Program-made: the position numbers and the translations under genes | In this document: one piece after another, positions 1 through 8,278 of the stretch | Numbering within the stretch: the stretch's first letter is position 1 | How the letters are laid out: the number at the start of each line of letters is the position of its first letter | Notes under the pieces: model-generated | Told to the model about the DNA's origin: nothing | The model's input: the letters and a program-made list of their open reading frames with translations, nothing else | Database searches by the model: none | DNA from: an uncultured Lentibacter sp. | GTDB taxonomy: Bacteria; Pseudomonadota; Alphaproteobacteria; Rhodobacterales; Rhodobacteraceae | Reading direction: 5' to 3' | Assembly (NCBI RefSeq): GCF_937123735.1 | Contig: NZ_CAKZKL010000011.1 | Span: forward strand, 1,833 to 65,832 | DNA: 64,000 nt

Positions 1-33
1 AAGCGGCCATGGTCGGGCTCACATAAGCCTGCT

Positions 34-402
34 TCAGCTTTGTTGCACAACCGGTGCACCGATCAATTCGTTGAGCAATGCGCGGTGCCCACTGGGTATC
101 TTTCCGAGAGCTGCTTGAAGGCTTTCAAAGCTGAAAGCCACCATATCAAGCGGACCATGTGCAATCCCGAGACTTTGCCAAGTGCCGCCCACCAGCGCAT
201 CATTGATCCCGACAATCTGCTGTGGTCCAACCCAGCGCTTAAGCTGGGCTCCATCGGCCGAAAAATTGAGCAAAGTGCCTCTCACAACCAAAAAAATGGA
301 TGTCACAGGCATACCCTGCACAAAAAGCACCTCCGAATGGAAGAGGTGAACAGCTTGCCCATGACCAAGGGCATGGGGGCGGTGTAAACTTGCCATGGAC
401 AT
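34..402 (-). CDS. degenerate cyclic-nucleotide-binding-like (Crp-type beta-barrel) domain protein, 122 aa
   Basis: ORF track. The pattern VLFVQGMPVTSIFLVVRGTL...VGPQQIVGINDALV resembles a cNMP-binding fold, but I see no canonical phosphate-binding cassette. Its ATG (400-402) directly abuts the TGA (403-405) of the upstream ORF, in the same frame. Confidence 0.45.
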   Translation of the reverse strand: MSMASLHRPHALGHGQAVHLFHSEVLFVQGMPVTSIFLVVRGTLLNFSADGAQLKRWVGPQQIVGINDALVGGTWQSLGIAHGPLDMVAFSFESLQAALGKIPSGHRALLNELIGAPVVQQS

Positions 403-768
403 TCACGCCACACGATTTTGCGAGAGACATTCAACAGCGATTGATCGCGCGAGGGTCCAGGTGAGCGGATTCTCCTCACAAAGGCTGTCGCGAAAAAGCC
501 CGCGGGGAATATGAATAAGGATACAGGGCGCTTGGGTGCGCACTTCGCTCTGATAGTGCGATAAAGCAAGAAACTCGCGCAGGTTCAAAACCTGGCCACC
601 CTCATAGGCAACCCCGTCACTGCCCCTTGCCAACCCTTGTTGCAACCAAACCATACGATCTGTGGGCAAACCTGTGAGGTTCAAGGTCGTGCGCGCACTT
701 ACCTTTTGGCGTGGCAACTCGGCCAAAGACAGCTCGTCTATAAATTCTGATCGCATAGGCTCCCCCAT
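403..768 (-). CDS. degenerate cyclic-nucleotide-binding-like domain protein, 121 aa
   Basis: ORF track. GGQVLNLREFLALSHYQSEVRTQAPCILIHIPRGLF resembles the C-terminal half of a cNMP-binding barrel. It ends in a TGA that is in frame with the next ORF. Confidence 0.4.
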   Translation of the reverse strand: MGEPMRSEFIDELSLAELPRQKVSARTTLNLTGLPTDRMVWLQQGLARGSDGVAYEGGQVLNLREFLALSHYQSEVRTQAPCILIHIPRGLFRDSLCEENPLTWTLARSIAVECLSQNRVA

Positions 769-828
769 GTATGAGAGAACGGCACCCAGTGCGAATACTT
801 TAGCCCTTTCCAGGAAAAACGCGTTAAG

Positions 829-1623
829 TTAGGCCTGTGTTTGTTGTTCACGCAGACGTTTGCGCTCGAGCCTGTTGGGCCTGACCTCTTTTTGCTCCTG
901 CTCAAATGCAAAGCGAACATCCGGAGAAATCTGGCGGCAAACCTTGCGTGCCTCGCTTTCAGAGGTTGCTGCAACGGTCAGCCAATAAAGTTTGTCTTCA
1001 AACAAATGATAAGAGCGCAACAGGTTTATCTGAGCACGCTTCACATAGAGACTTGTCAGAATATAGGCCAAAACAAAAAGTGCGATATGGGTTAGAGCCG
1101 TGATTGCATAGACTATGCTGACAGCAATCATCGGATAATATAGGCGATGATTGAGCATCCAGAGAAGCGGCGCAATGGTCGCCAGGCCGTCAGGGCGTGT
1201 CTCATGCAAAGCGGCATTCAACCGAATATCGCGGAAAACTTCGTAGTTCTGGTAGGTTTCAATGCGGTCAAAATGCAGCTTCTTGAACTCTTGCGCAACT
1301 TCAAGCGCTTCCTCGGGCGTCGCAAAATCAAACCGGGCCCGAAAAGGTGTCTCAAAGCAGAGATTGAAGAAAACTCCATCGCGCCAAAACGTAAGCAACC
1401 ATGCGATATCTGGCTCGTTGGGGTCATAATCTTCAAAGGCCGCCTTAAGCGTCTCTTCATCACCCAAGAACGGCTCTCCATCAATGGCAGCCAGAATATC
1501 TCCCTCTCTCAGCCTGAAAGACACGCCCAAAGCGCTCATACCGGATTTCTGGAGTTTGAGCATCTGCATCGGAGGCAAGCCATCTGCTGCTGTCTCTTGC
1601 GTATTGTTTTCGTCCATCGTCAA
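829..1623 (-). CDS. membrane protein with an N-terminal PDZ-like segment and a C-terminal two-TM (DUF2628-like) region, 264 aa
   Basis: GVSFRLREGDILAAIDGEPF is PDZ-like. Two hydrophobic helices are present (LATIAPLLWML...MIAVSIVYAITALTHIALFVLAYILTSL). It is co-directional with the flhB operon. Confidence 0.5.
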   Translation of the reverse strand: MTMDENNTQETAADGLPPMQMLKLQKSGMSALGVSFRLREGDILAAIDGEPFLGDEETLKAAFEDYDPNEPDIAWLLTFWRDGVFFNLCFETPFRARFDFATPEEALEVAQEFKKLHFDRIETYQNYEVFRDIRLNAALHETRPDGLATIAPLLWMLNHRLYYPMIAVSIVYAITALTHIALFVLAYILTSLYVKRAQINLLRSYHLFEDKLYWLTVAATSESEARKVCRQISPDVRFAFEQEQKEVRPNRLERKRLREQQTQA

Positions 1624-1674
1624 ACCTCAATACCGCGTGCACAGATGTGCAATTATCTGGCTGCGCGCTTTTCG

Positions 1675-2469
1675 TCAGGGATAGGTGATCGGGTCATCTG
1701 CTTTCGGCTTCGGAGCCTTCTTCACGGCGACCGGCTTTTTGCGCGATTTTGGTGGCGGGCTGTTCGCCGCTGTGATCTTGGCTGAGATTTCTTTTTGCAA
1801 CAGAAGGATACCTTCTATCTTGGCGCTCAACTCACGAGAGACTTCGCCGCCGCCGGAAGCATCTCCAGCCATTGTTGACAAGATTTCTGACAGATCGCTT
1901 TGCGCCGTTTGCAGCTCGCTCAGAGAGGCCAAAATGGTCTCTGACTGCGCACTCAGGTCTGTCTCAAACTTTTCGAGCATCGCCGAACTGAATTGTGAAA
2001 CTGCCGCATTGGTTGTTTCTGCAATTTGGGTCAGGCCTTCGCTCGTCTCGCTCTGCACCTCAAGTTGCTTTTCTTCAAGGCGCCCAAGCATGAGCGTTGT
2101 TTCCTCAGCCGTTTTGGCCAAGCTCAGTTGTTGCTCGATGGCTTTGTCCAGAGAGGACGTGCTCATAGCCAGCTTATCGACGTTTTCTGCAAATATAACC
2201 AGCGCCTCCAACGACGTGCTGCTGCTGGTCTCCATGGCCTCCAATGTGCGGTAATACATCATTGAAGCTACGACGACTGCGACCAGGCTTGCCACCGCCG
2301 AGCTTACAAAAACAATAGTCGCATTTTTGTATATCTTTTTCACCTCGCCCTCCACGGCAGCATATTCTTGGTTAATACGGGCAAATTCATTCGTCGCATC
2401 CGTGGCCGCGTCCGCAGCGTCCAGTGCAATTTTGATACTGTCTTCAACAGCTTTGGCTTGCGTGCTCAT
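1675..2469 (-). CDS. single-TM coiled-coil protein, 264 aa
   Basis: I chose the internal ATG at 2467-2469 because GAGGAGAT lies just upstream. One TM helix (ATIVFVSSAVASLVAVVVASMMYY) is followed by a long Ser/Glu/Leu/Thr-rich heptad-like region and a Lys/Pro-rich tail. Confidence 0.55.
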   Translation of the reverse strand: MSTQAKAVEDSIKIALDAADAATDATNEFARINQEYAAVEGEVKKIYKNATIVFVSSAVASLVAVVVASMMYYRTLEAMETSSSTSLEALVIFAENVDKLAMSTSSLDKAIEQQLSLAKTAEETTLMLGRLEEKQLEVQSETSEGLTQIAETTNAAVSQFSSAMLEKFETDLSAQSETILASLSELQTAQSDLSEILSTMAGDASGGGEVSRELSAKIEGILLLQKEISAKITAANSPPPKSRKKPVAVKKAPKPKADDPITYP

Positions 2470-2471
2470 GC

Positions 2472-2687
2472 CTATCTCCTCACAGTGTTTGGTGTTGCGC
2501 GGGGTCGGCGCTGAAACTTGTCTTTGAACTGAGCACAATTCATGCCAGTTGCCGCAAAAACTTCAAAACTGGGTGGTTGGCTCGATTTGAAGCCGAAAAC
2601 CTTGCAGCCGTGCGGACGGGCCGCTTCAAAGGTCACAAAGTAGTGTTCACATCGTCCACAGGCGATATGGCGTGTTTTCTCTTTCAT
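2472..2687 (-). CDS. small four-cysteine (CxxC...C...C) protein, 71 aa
   Basis: Sequence MKEKTRHIACGRCEHYFVTFEAARPHGCKVFGFKSSQPPSFEVFAATGMNCAQFKDK. A GGAGGAGG RBS lies upstream. The ATG overlaps the TGA of the preceding ORF (ATGA). Confidence 0.55.
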   Translation of the reverse strand: MKEKTRHIACGRCEHYFVTFEAARPHGCKVFGFKSSQPPSFEVFAATGMNCAQFKDKFQRRPRATPNTVRR

Positions 2688-2905
2688 TTTGAAAACCTCC
2701 TCCGCCCCGCCTCGGCAACGTCTGCTATTACAAAACGCAGACCACCCAAGAAGCACATGAAAGACGCGCAAAAAAGCCCCCAGACTTGGATCTTTGGCAC
2801 TTGACCAAGGAGTGCGAGCGCTTCCAGCAATATCCATGCAGACATGCCAAAGAAGCAAACTGTCGAAATCATTTCGCCCATACTGCGGGTGCGTTTTCCA
2901 GCCAT
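2684..2905 (-). CDS. small two-TM membrane protein, 73 aa
   Basis: The ATG lies 1 nt after the flhB TAG stop. Two hydrophobic helices are present. There is a 4-nt stop/start overlap with the next ORF, which suggests translational coupling. Confidence 0.45.
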   Translation of the reverse strand: MAGKRTRSMGEMISTVCFFGMSAWILLEALALLGQVPKIQVWGLFCASFMCFLGGLRFVIADVAEAGRRRFSK

Positions 2906-2906
2906 T

Positions 2907-4067
2907 CTAGATCTCTCCGTTCAGGGCTTTGCCGTGTTCGTCAAACTGCAGTTCATCAGGAATATCCACCCAAGGCTCCTCCGGATTTTCACCCCGGTCC
3001 AAGCGGAAAACATAAGCCAAGACAGCCGCAACCGCAGTGTAAACCCCATCGGTAATTTCCTGGCCTATATCGCCAGTGAAATAGAGCGCCCGTGCCAACA
3101 GAGGGCTGCGGAAGACCGTCACATCATGCTCAGCACCCTTTTCAATAATCCGTTCTGCCATCTTTCCACGTCCCATTGCTAAGATAACTGGCGCGCGCAT
3201 TTCGCCGGGCACATATTTTAGCGCCACAGCAAAATGCGTCGGGTTGGTAATGATTGCCGTTGCATCGGAAACATTTTCCAATGCGGCATTTTGCTCTGAA
3301 GCTTTGCGGCTGGCCTCATATTGAAGGCGGCGAATGCGTGATTTTACTTCCGGCGAGCCTTCTTGCTGTTTGTGTTCATCCTTGAGGTCTTGCCGGCTCA
3401 TCCTGAGCTTTTGCATATGCGCATGCCATGAATAGGCGAGATCGAGGCCTGCTATTAAGCCCAAGACAACGAGCGCCGCCGCCAAGGCAAACAGGGTTCC
3501 CCAGAACACCTCATGAAGGGCTGGCACCAACCCTGTGCTCGTCAAGCGCAAGACTGTGGGCAATAACGCAGCGATCACGCCTGCAAAAGCCGCCCCCAAC
3601 AGTGTCACCTTTGCAATCGCCTTAGCCAACTCAACCAGACCTTTGACAGAAAACATGCGCTTGAAGCCACTCAGTGGGTTGATGCGATTGCCCTTGAAGG
3701 CCAGCGCCTTGGCCGTGAAGTTGAGCCCTCCCCCCACGGCTCCCTGAGTTGCCAATACAGCAACCAGCATTGGCAAACCGATAATGGCAGACAGCACAAG
3801 GAATATCCAAAGTGCATCCCCCAAGCGGATCAGAACTTGGCTATCCATTTGGTCCAAAGATCCAAACTGAAAAAACGCCATCCAATGGCCGATTTGCGAG
3901 GGGATATAGAGCGAAAATGCGTAAAGCATCGCAATACCCATGGCCATGGTCGAAAAAACGAACATCTCTTTTGAAGATAAGACCTCCCCATCTTCTGCCG
4001 CTTTCTCAAGCCGTTTCTGGGAGGGGTCCTCTGTCTTTTCCTGGCTCTCGTCACCACCTTCAGCCAT
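2907..4067 (-). CDS. flhB: flagellar type III export switch protein FlhB
   Basis: The NPTH autocleavage motif is present (AIITNPTHFAVALKY), with four N-terminal TM helices. I prefer the ATG at 4065-4067 (MAEGGDESQEKTEDPSQKRLEKA) over the TTG at 4082. Confidence 0.95.
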   Translation of the reverse strand: MAEGGDESQEKTEDPSQKRLEKAAEDGEVLSSKEMFVFSTMAMGIAMLYAFSLYIPSQIGHWMAFFQFGSLDQMDSQVLIRLGDALWIFLVLSAIIGLPMLVAVLATQGAVGGGLNFTAKALAFKGNRINPLSGFKRMFSVKGLVELAKAIAKVTLLGAAFAGVIAALLPTVLRLTSTGLVPALHEVFWGTLFALAAALVVLGLIAGLDLAYSWHAHMQKLRMSRQDLKDEHKQQEGSPEVKSRIRRLQYEASRKASEQNAALENVSDATAIITNPTHFAVALKYVPGEMRAPVILAMGRGKMAERIIEKGAEHDVTVFRSPLLARALYFTGDIGQEITDGVYTAVAAVLAYVFRLDRGENPEEPWVDIPDELQFDEHGKALNGEI

Positions 4068-4881
4068 CAGGCATACCCCCAATCATGGTTTGCAGGACAT
4101 TGAATGCATCATTCAGCAAGTCTGAAAAAGACCATGCAATCGGCGTCACGGATAAAATGAGCAGAACAAAAACACTCAAGATTGTAATCGGAAAGCCAAA
4201 TGAAAACAGGTTCAGCTGTGGTGCTGACTTGGTGATGACGCCAATTGCCAAATTGATGATGAACAAAACAGCAACAATAGGCAGCATGATGCTGGCCGCA
4301 AATGCAAACATCAAACCGCCGGCATCAATTCCGGTTTGGATCATTACGGGGAACACCACGGCACGCCCTATCGGCACTGTGTTATAGCTTTCAATCACGA
4401 GTGCGAGGATGAGCATGTGACCATTGAGTGAAAAGAAAATAACGAGCAAGAAAAGTGTCAACATCTGGCTGATCACCGGAGATTGGCCGCCACCAGATGG
4501 ATCGACCTGCATCGCAAAGGACAGCCCCGAAGTTGCGGCGATTTTCTCGCCCGCCAGGCCAACAGCCGCAAAAAGGATTGTCAGCGTCAACCCGACGCTG
4601 AGACCGATTGCCAACTCCTGGATCACCAGGGGAATTACATAAAACGAAGTCAAAACCTCCGGAACCGGCGGCTCAATCTGCGAAAAAACAAAGAGCCCCA
4701 AACCAAACGAAAACACGATCCTGATCTGCAAGGGCACCATCCCTGAGCCAAAAAAGGGTGATGAAATAAGAAACGCCCCGACCCGTAAGGTGACCACTAA
4801 CAACTGCAAGAGCAAATCAAGCAGACCTTGAAGGGGGACGCCCGGCAACCCGCCAAGTGATATGGCGTTAAGCGCATTCAT
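4060..4881 (-). CDS. fliR: flagellar export gate protein FliR
   Basis: A polytopic membrane protein of 273 aa sitting between fliQ and flhB. There is an ATGA overlap with the fliQ stop. Confidence 0.92.
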   Translation of the reverse strand: MNALNAISLGGLPGVPLQGLLDLLLQLLVVTLRVGAFLISSPFFGSGMVPLQIRIVFSFGLGLFVFSQIEPPVPEVLTSFYVIPLVIQELAIGLSVGLTLTILFAAVGLAGEKIAATSGLSFAMQVDPSGGGQSPVISQMLTLFLLVIFFSLNGHMLILALVIESYNTVPIGRAVVFPVMIQTGIDAGGLMFAFAASIMLPIVAVLFIINLAIGVITKSAPQLNLFSFGFPITILSVFVLLILSVTPIAWSFSDLLNDAFNVLQTMIGGMPDG

Positions 4882-5147
4882 CGGCCGACAGCGGCAATTT
4901 CTTCAAAGATGAAAGCAAAGTAATCACTCAGCTGGGTCATCATAAATGTCGATAACAAAGCAATCGTCATCAGCACAAGGATCAGCTTGGGCACAAAGCT
5001 CAAGGTCATTTCGTTGATTGATGTGGCCGCTTGCAAAATACCAACCAACAAACCAATCGCCAGCGCCACTCCCAAAATCGGGCCTGATGCCATAATGATC
5101 TGCCAGAAAGCGAGGCGTAGGTATTCTATATTATTGTCAAATTCCAT
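4878..5147 (-). CDS. fliQ: flagellar export gate protein FliQ
   Basis: An 89-aa two-TM protein with the typical FliQ sequence (ILGVALAIGLLVGILQAATSINEMTLSFVPKL). Confidence 0.95.
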   Translation of the reverse strand: MEFDNNIEYLRLAFWQIIMASGPILGVALAIGLLVGILQAATSINEMTLSFVPKLILVLMTIALLSTFMMTQLSDYFAFIFEEIAAVGR

Positions 5148-5153
5148 GGTGCC

Positions 5154-5921
5154 TCAAGGGGTGCTAAAGGTTGCGGCAAGTGAGCCCACTGTCATCGCCC
5201 AGCCATCGACCAGAACAAACAACAAGAGCTTGAAAGGCAGGGAAACCAGCATAGGCGACAGCATCATCATCCCCAAAGACATCAGGATGGAAGCAATCAC
5301 CATATCAACCACCAAAAAGGGTAGGAAAATCAAAAAGCCAATTTGAAATGCTGTCTTCAATTCCGAGGTGATGAACGCGGGCAACAATGTTGAAAACGGG
5401 ATATCCGCGTTGCTCTCATAGGCCGTTGCGCCCACCATATCCGAAAACATCAAAAGCGTATCACGCCGGGTGTTGGCCACCATAAAGTCTTTCATAACCC
5501 TCGAAGCTTCCGCTATCGCCGCATCTGCTGAGATCGTCTCAGACAGAAATGGCGACAGGGCAGAGTCATAAATTTGCGTCAAAGTGGGCTGCATAATGAA
5601 CAGCGACAGAAAAAGCGCGATCGCGATCAAAACCTGATTGGGCGGCGTTTGCTGGGTGCCCAACGCTTGACGCAAAATTGACAACACAATGATTATTCGG
5701 GTGAAAGAAGACATCCCCAGCACCAGAGATGGCAAGAGGGTCAACGCAGTCATCAGCGCCAAAATTTGCAACGACAGTGAGTAAGTCGTCGCGCCGTCTT
5801 CCCCCTGCGCAGACGACAGAGCCGGCAAGCCAGACACGTCAAACCCCTGTGCAACTGCGGGCGCAGCGCTCGCGATCAAAGCGACTGAACAGAACCCAGC
5901 AATGAAATGTATCTCACGCAT
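5154..5921 (-). CDS. fliP: flagellar export gate protein FliP
   Basis: FliP signature FQIGFLIFLPFLVVDMVIASILMSLGMMMLSP. The start was set to the ATG at 5919-5921 (MREIHFIAGF...) because it has an AGGAGA RBS. Confidence 0.95.
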   Translation of the reverse strand: MREIHFIAGFCSVALIASAAPAVAQGFDVSGLPALSSAQGEDGATTYSLSLQILALMTALTLLPSLVLGMSSFTRIIIVLSILRQALGTQQTPPNQVLIAIALFLSLFIMQPTLTQIYDSALSPFLSETISADAAIAEASRVMKDFMVANTRRDTLLMFSDMVGATAYESNADIPFSTLLPAFITSELKTAFQIGFLIFLPFLVVDMVIASILMSLGMMMLSPMLVSLPFKLLLFVLVDGWAMTVGSLAATFSTP

Positions 5922-6195
5922 CTTTGCTCTCCTGCGAAACCGAAGAATCTGGCAGTGGCAAAAGCGTGATGGCCCCCTGCTTGGCCTGGCCAACAAGAAT
6001 ATCAACCTCCCTCACCCGCACGAGCATGAGGCGCTCTTTTTGGCCGAGGCTCAAAGACTGCACGATCTGGATCGGCTGGCCGGAGAGCTTAAGGCTCCCA
6101 TGCCGACCGAACCGTTTGACAAAGATTTGCACAGCCAGAAGGGCTGCGAGAAAACAAATCACGATAATGATCTGAAAGGGTTGAATATCGACCAT
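5914..6195 (-). CDS. fliO: flagellar protein FliO
   Basis: A 93-aa protein with one N-terminal TM helix, then LSLGQKERLMLVRVREVDILVG, typical of FliO. It sits directly upstream of fliP. Confidence 0.8.
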   Translation of the reverse strand: MVDIQPFQIIIVICFLAALLAVQIFVKRFGRHGSLKLSGQPIQIVQSLSLGQKERLMLVRVREVDILVGQAKQGAITLLPLPDSSVSQESKDA

Positions 6196-6227
6196 GTTGC
6201 ACCTTGCTGGTTCACAGCGTTAACAAA

Positions 6228-6242
6228 GCAAGTTGCGTGCCA
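6228..6242 (-). promoter_or_regulatory. sigma54 (-24/-12) promoter for fliOPQR-flhB
   Basis: The minus strand reads TGGCACGCAACTTGC(T). This matches TGGCAC-N5-TTGC exactly. It lies about 33 nt upstream of the fliO ATG. Confidence 0.8.
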
Positions 6243-6331
6243 ACCTTTCGGGATACGGAAAAATTGAGTTAAATCAGTGTATATGGGCGAAAATCACTAT
6301 CCCCACTGACGGGAATTTGACGGCGCAGAGG

Positions 6332-6649
6332 TTAAAGGCTTTCAACGCGTTTCTCTGGTTCAACAATCTCGCCGAACCGTATTCCAAACCGCTCGCCGAC
6401 CATAACCACCTCGCCCTTTGCGATCATGGTGCCGTTGATCAAAATATCAAGCGGATCTCCGGCAAGCCGGTCAAGCTCCATGATCGACCCCTCGCTCAAG
6501 CGCAGTAGGTCACGAATGGTGATTTCAGACCGGCCGACCTCGACGGTCATTTGGACTTCAATGTTTTCAAGCACACGCAGGTTTTCGCTGCCGTCGCGCT
6601 CTGGCTTGCGCTCTACATTTTCTTCTGCTGTTGAGGCCTCATCTACCAT
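6332..6649 (-). CDS. fliN: flagellar motor switch protein FliN
   Basis: The SpoA-like C-terminus is present: VEVGRSEITIRDLLRLSEGSIMELDRLAGDPLDILINGTMIAKGEVVMV. Confidence 0.93.
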   Translation of the reverse strand: MVDEASTAEENVERKPERDGSENLRVLENIEVQMTVEVGRSEITIRDLLRLSEGSIMELDRLAGDPLDILINGTMIAKGEVVMVGERFGIRFGEIVEPEKRVESL

Positions 6650-6663
6650 GGGGTGCCTTTCCT

Positions 6664-7656
6664 CTAATTGCTATCTTTGTTGGTTTTGACGCGTTCACGC
6701 AAGTGAAGCGCCGCTTGTGGGCCAAGTTGACCGAGCTCAGCAATGAAAATATCCTTTCCCTCGACCAAAACCTTGATGCCATCGGAAAGCTGGATGGGAA
6801 AAGTGTCACCACTTTGCAGAGTCAGCAAGTTGCGCATGGACACCTTGGGTTTCGCCAGTTCAGCAGTCACCACAAGTGGGATGTTCAAAATAGCCCGCTC
6901 AAGCTTTTGGCGCCAAGACATGTCATCATCAACAAACTCTGATTGAACACGCGACCTTAACAGAGAGGCGATCGGCTTAAGGGTTTGCAAAGGGTACACG
7001 ACGTCAAAAGCAGCCGGCTCATTGCCCGGGAGCTGCACGAGGAACGTGCAAACAATCACGGTTTCGCTGTTGTCGACAAAAGACGCAAACTGCATGTTTT
7101 CTTCATGGCTTTGCACCGAAAAAGATACTGGCGTCAAATCACGCCAGGCCATCTGCATCGAGCTCATGAGCCCTTCTGTCACAATCTCGATCACCCGCTG
7201 TTCCGTTGCGGTGAACTCGCCCGTTGGCTTGCGCAGAGGGCGCACGGCGGTGCCGCCATAATAGGCATTCGTCAACAGCGAGATAAAATTCGGGGGCATA
7301 ACCAACAGGCTGCTTCCACGGAGCTCTTCCATACGGCTTGTGGTCAAGCTCATGAAGCTTTCAGCATCCGAGCTGTATTCCTCGAAAGTTTTTACTTCAG
7401 GTGGAAAAGACGAGATGCGCGGTTGAATGCGCAACATCGGCAAAAAGACGCTGCGTGCAAAACGACAGAAGCGCTCGTTGATCATCCGAAGAGCATAATA
7501 GTCGCCCAGAAGCGACAGATCGTCAGACCCGAAGGAAAAGGCACGCACCTCAACATGTTCGCCAGCACTTCCAACCGAGAGCGTTTCTGCCTGGTCTCCA
7601 AGCCCGTCTATCAGTGCATTCACTTCATCGGAGGTAAGTTTTTTGGAAGACGCCAT
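6664..7656 (-). CDS. fliM: flagellar motor switch protein FliM
   Basis: A 330-aa protein with an N-terminal LTSDEVNALI (CheY-P binding-like) motif and typical FliM middle and C-terminal regions. It sits between fliL and fliN. Confidence 0.93.
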   Translation of the reverse strand: MASSKKLTSDEVNALIDGLGDQAETLSVGSAGEHVEVRAFSFGSDDLSLLGDYYALRMINERFCRFARSVFLPMLRIQPRISSFPPEVKTFEEYSSDAESFMSLTTSRMEELRGSSLLVMPPNFISLLTNAYYGGTAVRPLRKPTGEFTATEQRVIEIVTEGLMSSMQMAWRDLTPVSFSVQSHEENMQFASFVDNSETVIVCTFLVQLPGNEPAAFDVVYPLQTLKPIASLLRSRVQSEFVDDDMSWRQKLERAILNIPLVVTAELAKPKVSMRNLLTLQSGDTFPIQLSDGIKVLVEGKDIFIAELGQLGPQAALHLRERVKTNKDSN

Positions 7657-7670
7657 CTTTGAACAGCCCT

Positions 7671-8261
7671 TTACTGCAACACAAATGAGGTGAAATGGAC
7701 ATGCTCGATACCACCAAAACCTTCGAGCATTTCCAGCCTCGCGTTGATGGCCTCAACCATTTTTTGCGCCAGCAAATCACGCCCGGCCTTGCCTTGAATG
7801 TCCTCTTCGCTGAATTCACTAATTGTGCCCAACACCTCCGAGCGCAACGCGAGCTGATGCGTTTGAACATGCTCGATAACACTGTCATCATATTGAGTAG
7901 ATACGCCGACACCAAGCTGCAAAAACTTCCGTGAATTGCGCAAATTGGTTGTAAAGTTGCCGTCAAATTCGAAGTAAGTCGTCACAAATGTGTCCACATC
8001 AGGGACATCTTTCTTATTCAATTCCGGCTCGGCGTCAGGGTCTTCTACAACCTCCTCCTCTTCAGGAAGCTGCCCACTCTCTTTGAGCTTACGTTCAATG
8101 ATCTGCTCAATTTCATCACTCGGCGACAAGTTAGAACCACCAAACAAAAAGAAACCGGCTCCCAGGCCTACGCCCACGAGCAGCAGCCCTCCTACAACGA
8201 AGCCAATAATCTTGACAAGTCCGCCTTTTTTCTTTGGTTCTTCGGTCTCTTGGTCAGCCAT
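7671..8261 (-). CDS. fliL: flagellar basal-body-associated protein FliL
   Basis: A single TM helix (IIGFVVGGLLLVGVGLGAGFFLF), then a FliL-type periplasmic domain ending in HVHFTSFVLQ. Confidence 0.85.
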   Translation of the reverse strand: MADQETEEPKKKGGLVKIIGFVVGGLLLVGVGLGAGFFLFGGSNLSPSDEIEQIIERKLKESGQLPEEEEVVEDPDAEPELNKKDVPDVDTFVTTYFEFDGNFTTNLRNSRKFLQLGVGVSTQYDDSVIEHVQTHQLALRSEVLGTISEFSEEDIQGKAGRDLLAQKMVEAINARLEMLEGFGGIEHVHFTSFVLQ

Positions 8262-8278
8262 GAAATGACTCCTAAAAT

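Noticed and set aside
1147-1785. Long ORFs antisense to confidently assigned genes. Examples: 1147-1785 (+), 6985-7662 (+), 26544-27299 (+), 33259-34071 (+), 40294-40974 (+), 43688-44263 (+), 50857-51501 (+), 53182-53910 (+).
   Set aside because: Each lies entirely opposite a gene with clear family signatures (FliM, FlgK, FlgE, FlhF/FlhG, FlhA, FliD, MotA and others). Their translations are low-complexity or Arg/Ser/Pro-rich with no motifs. They are typical shadow ORFs.
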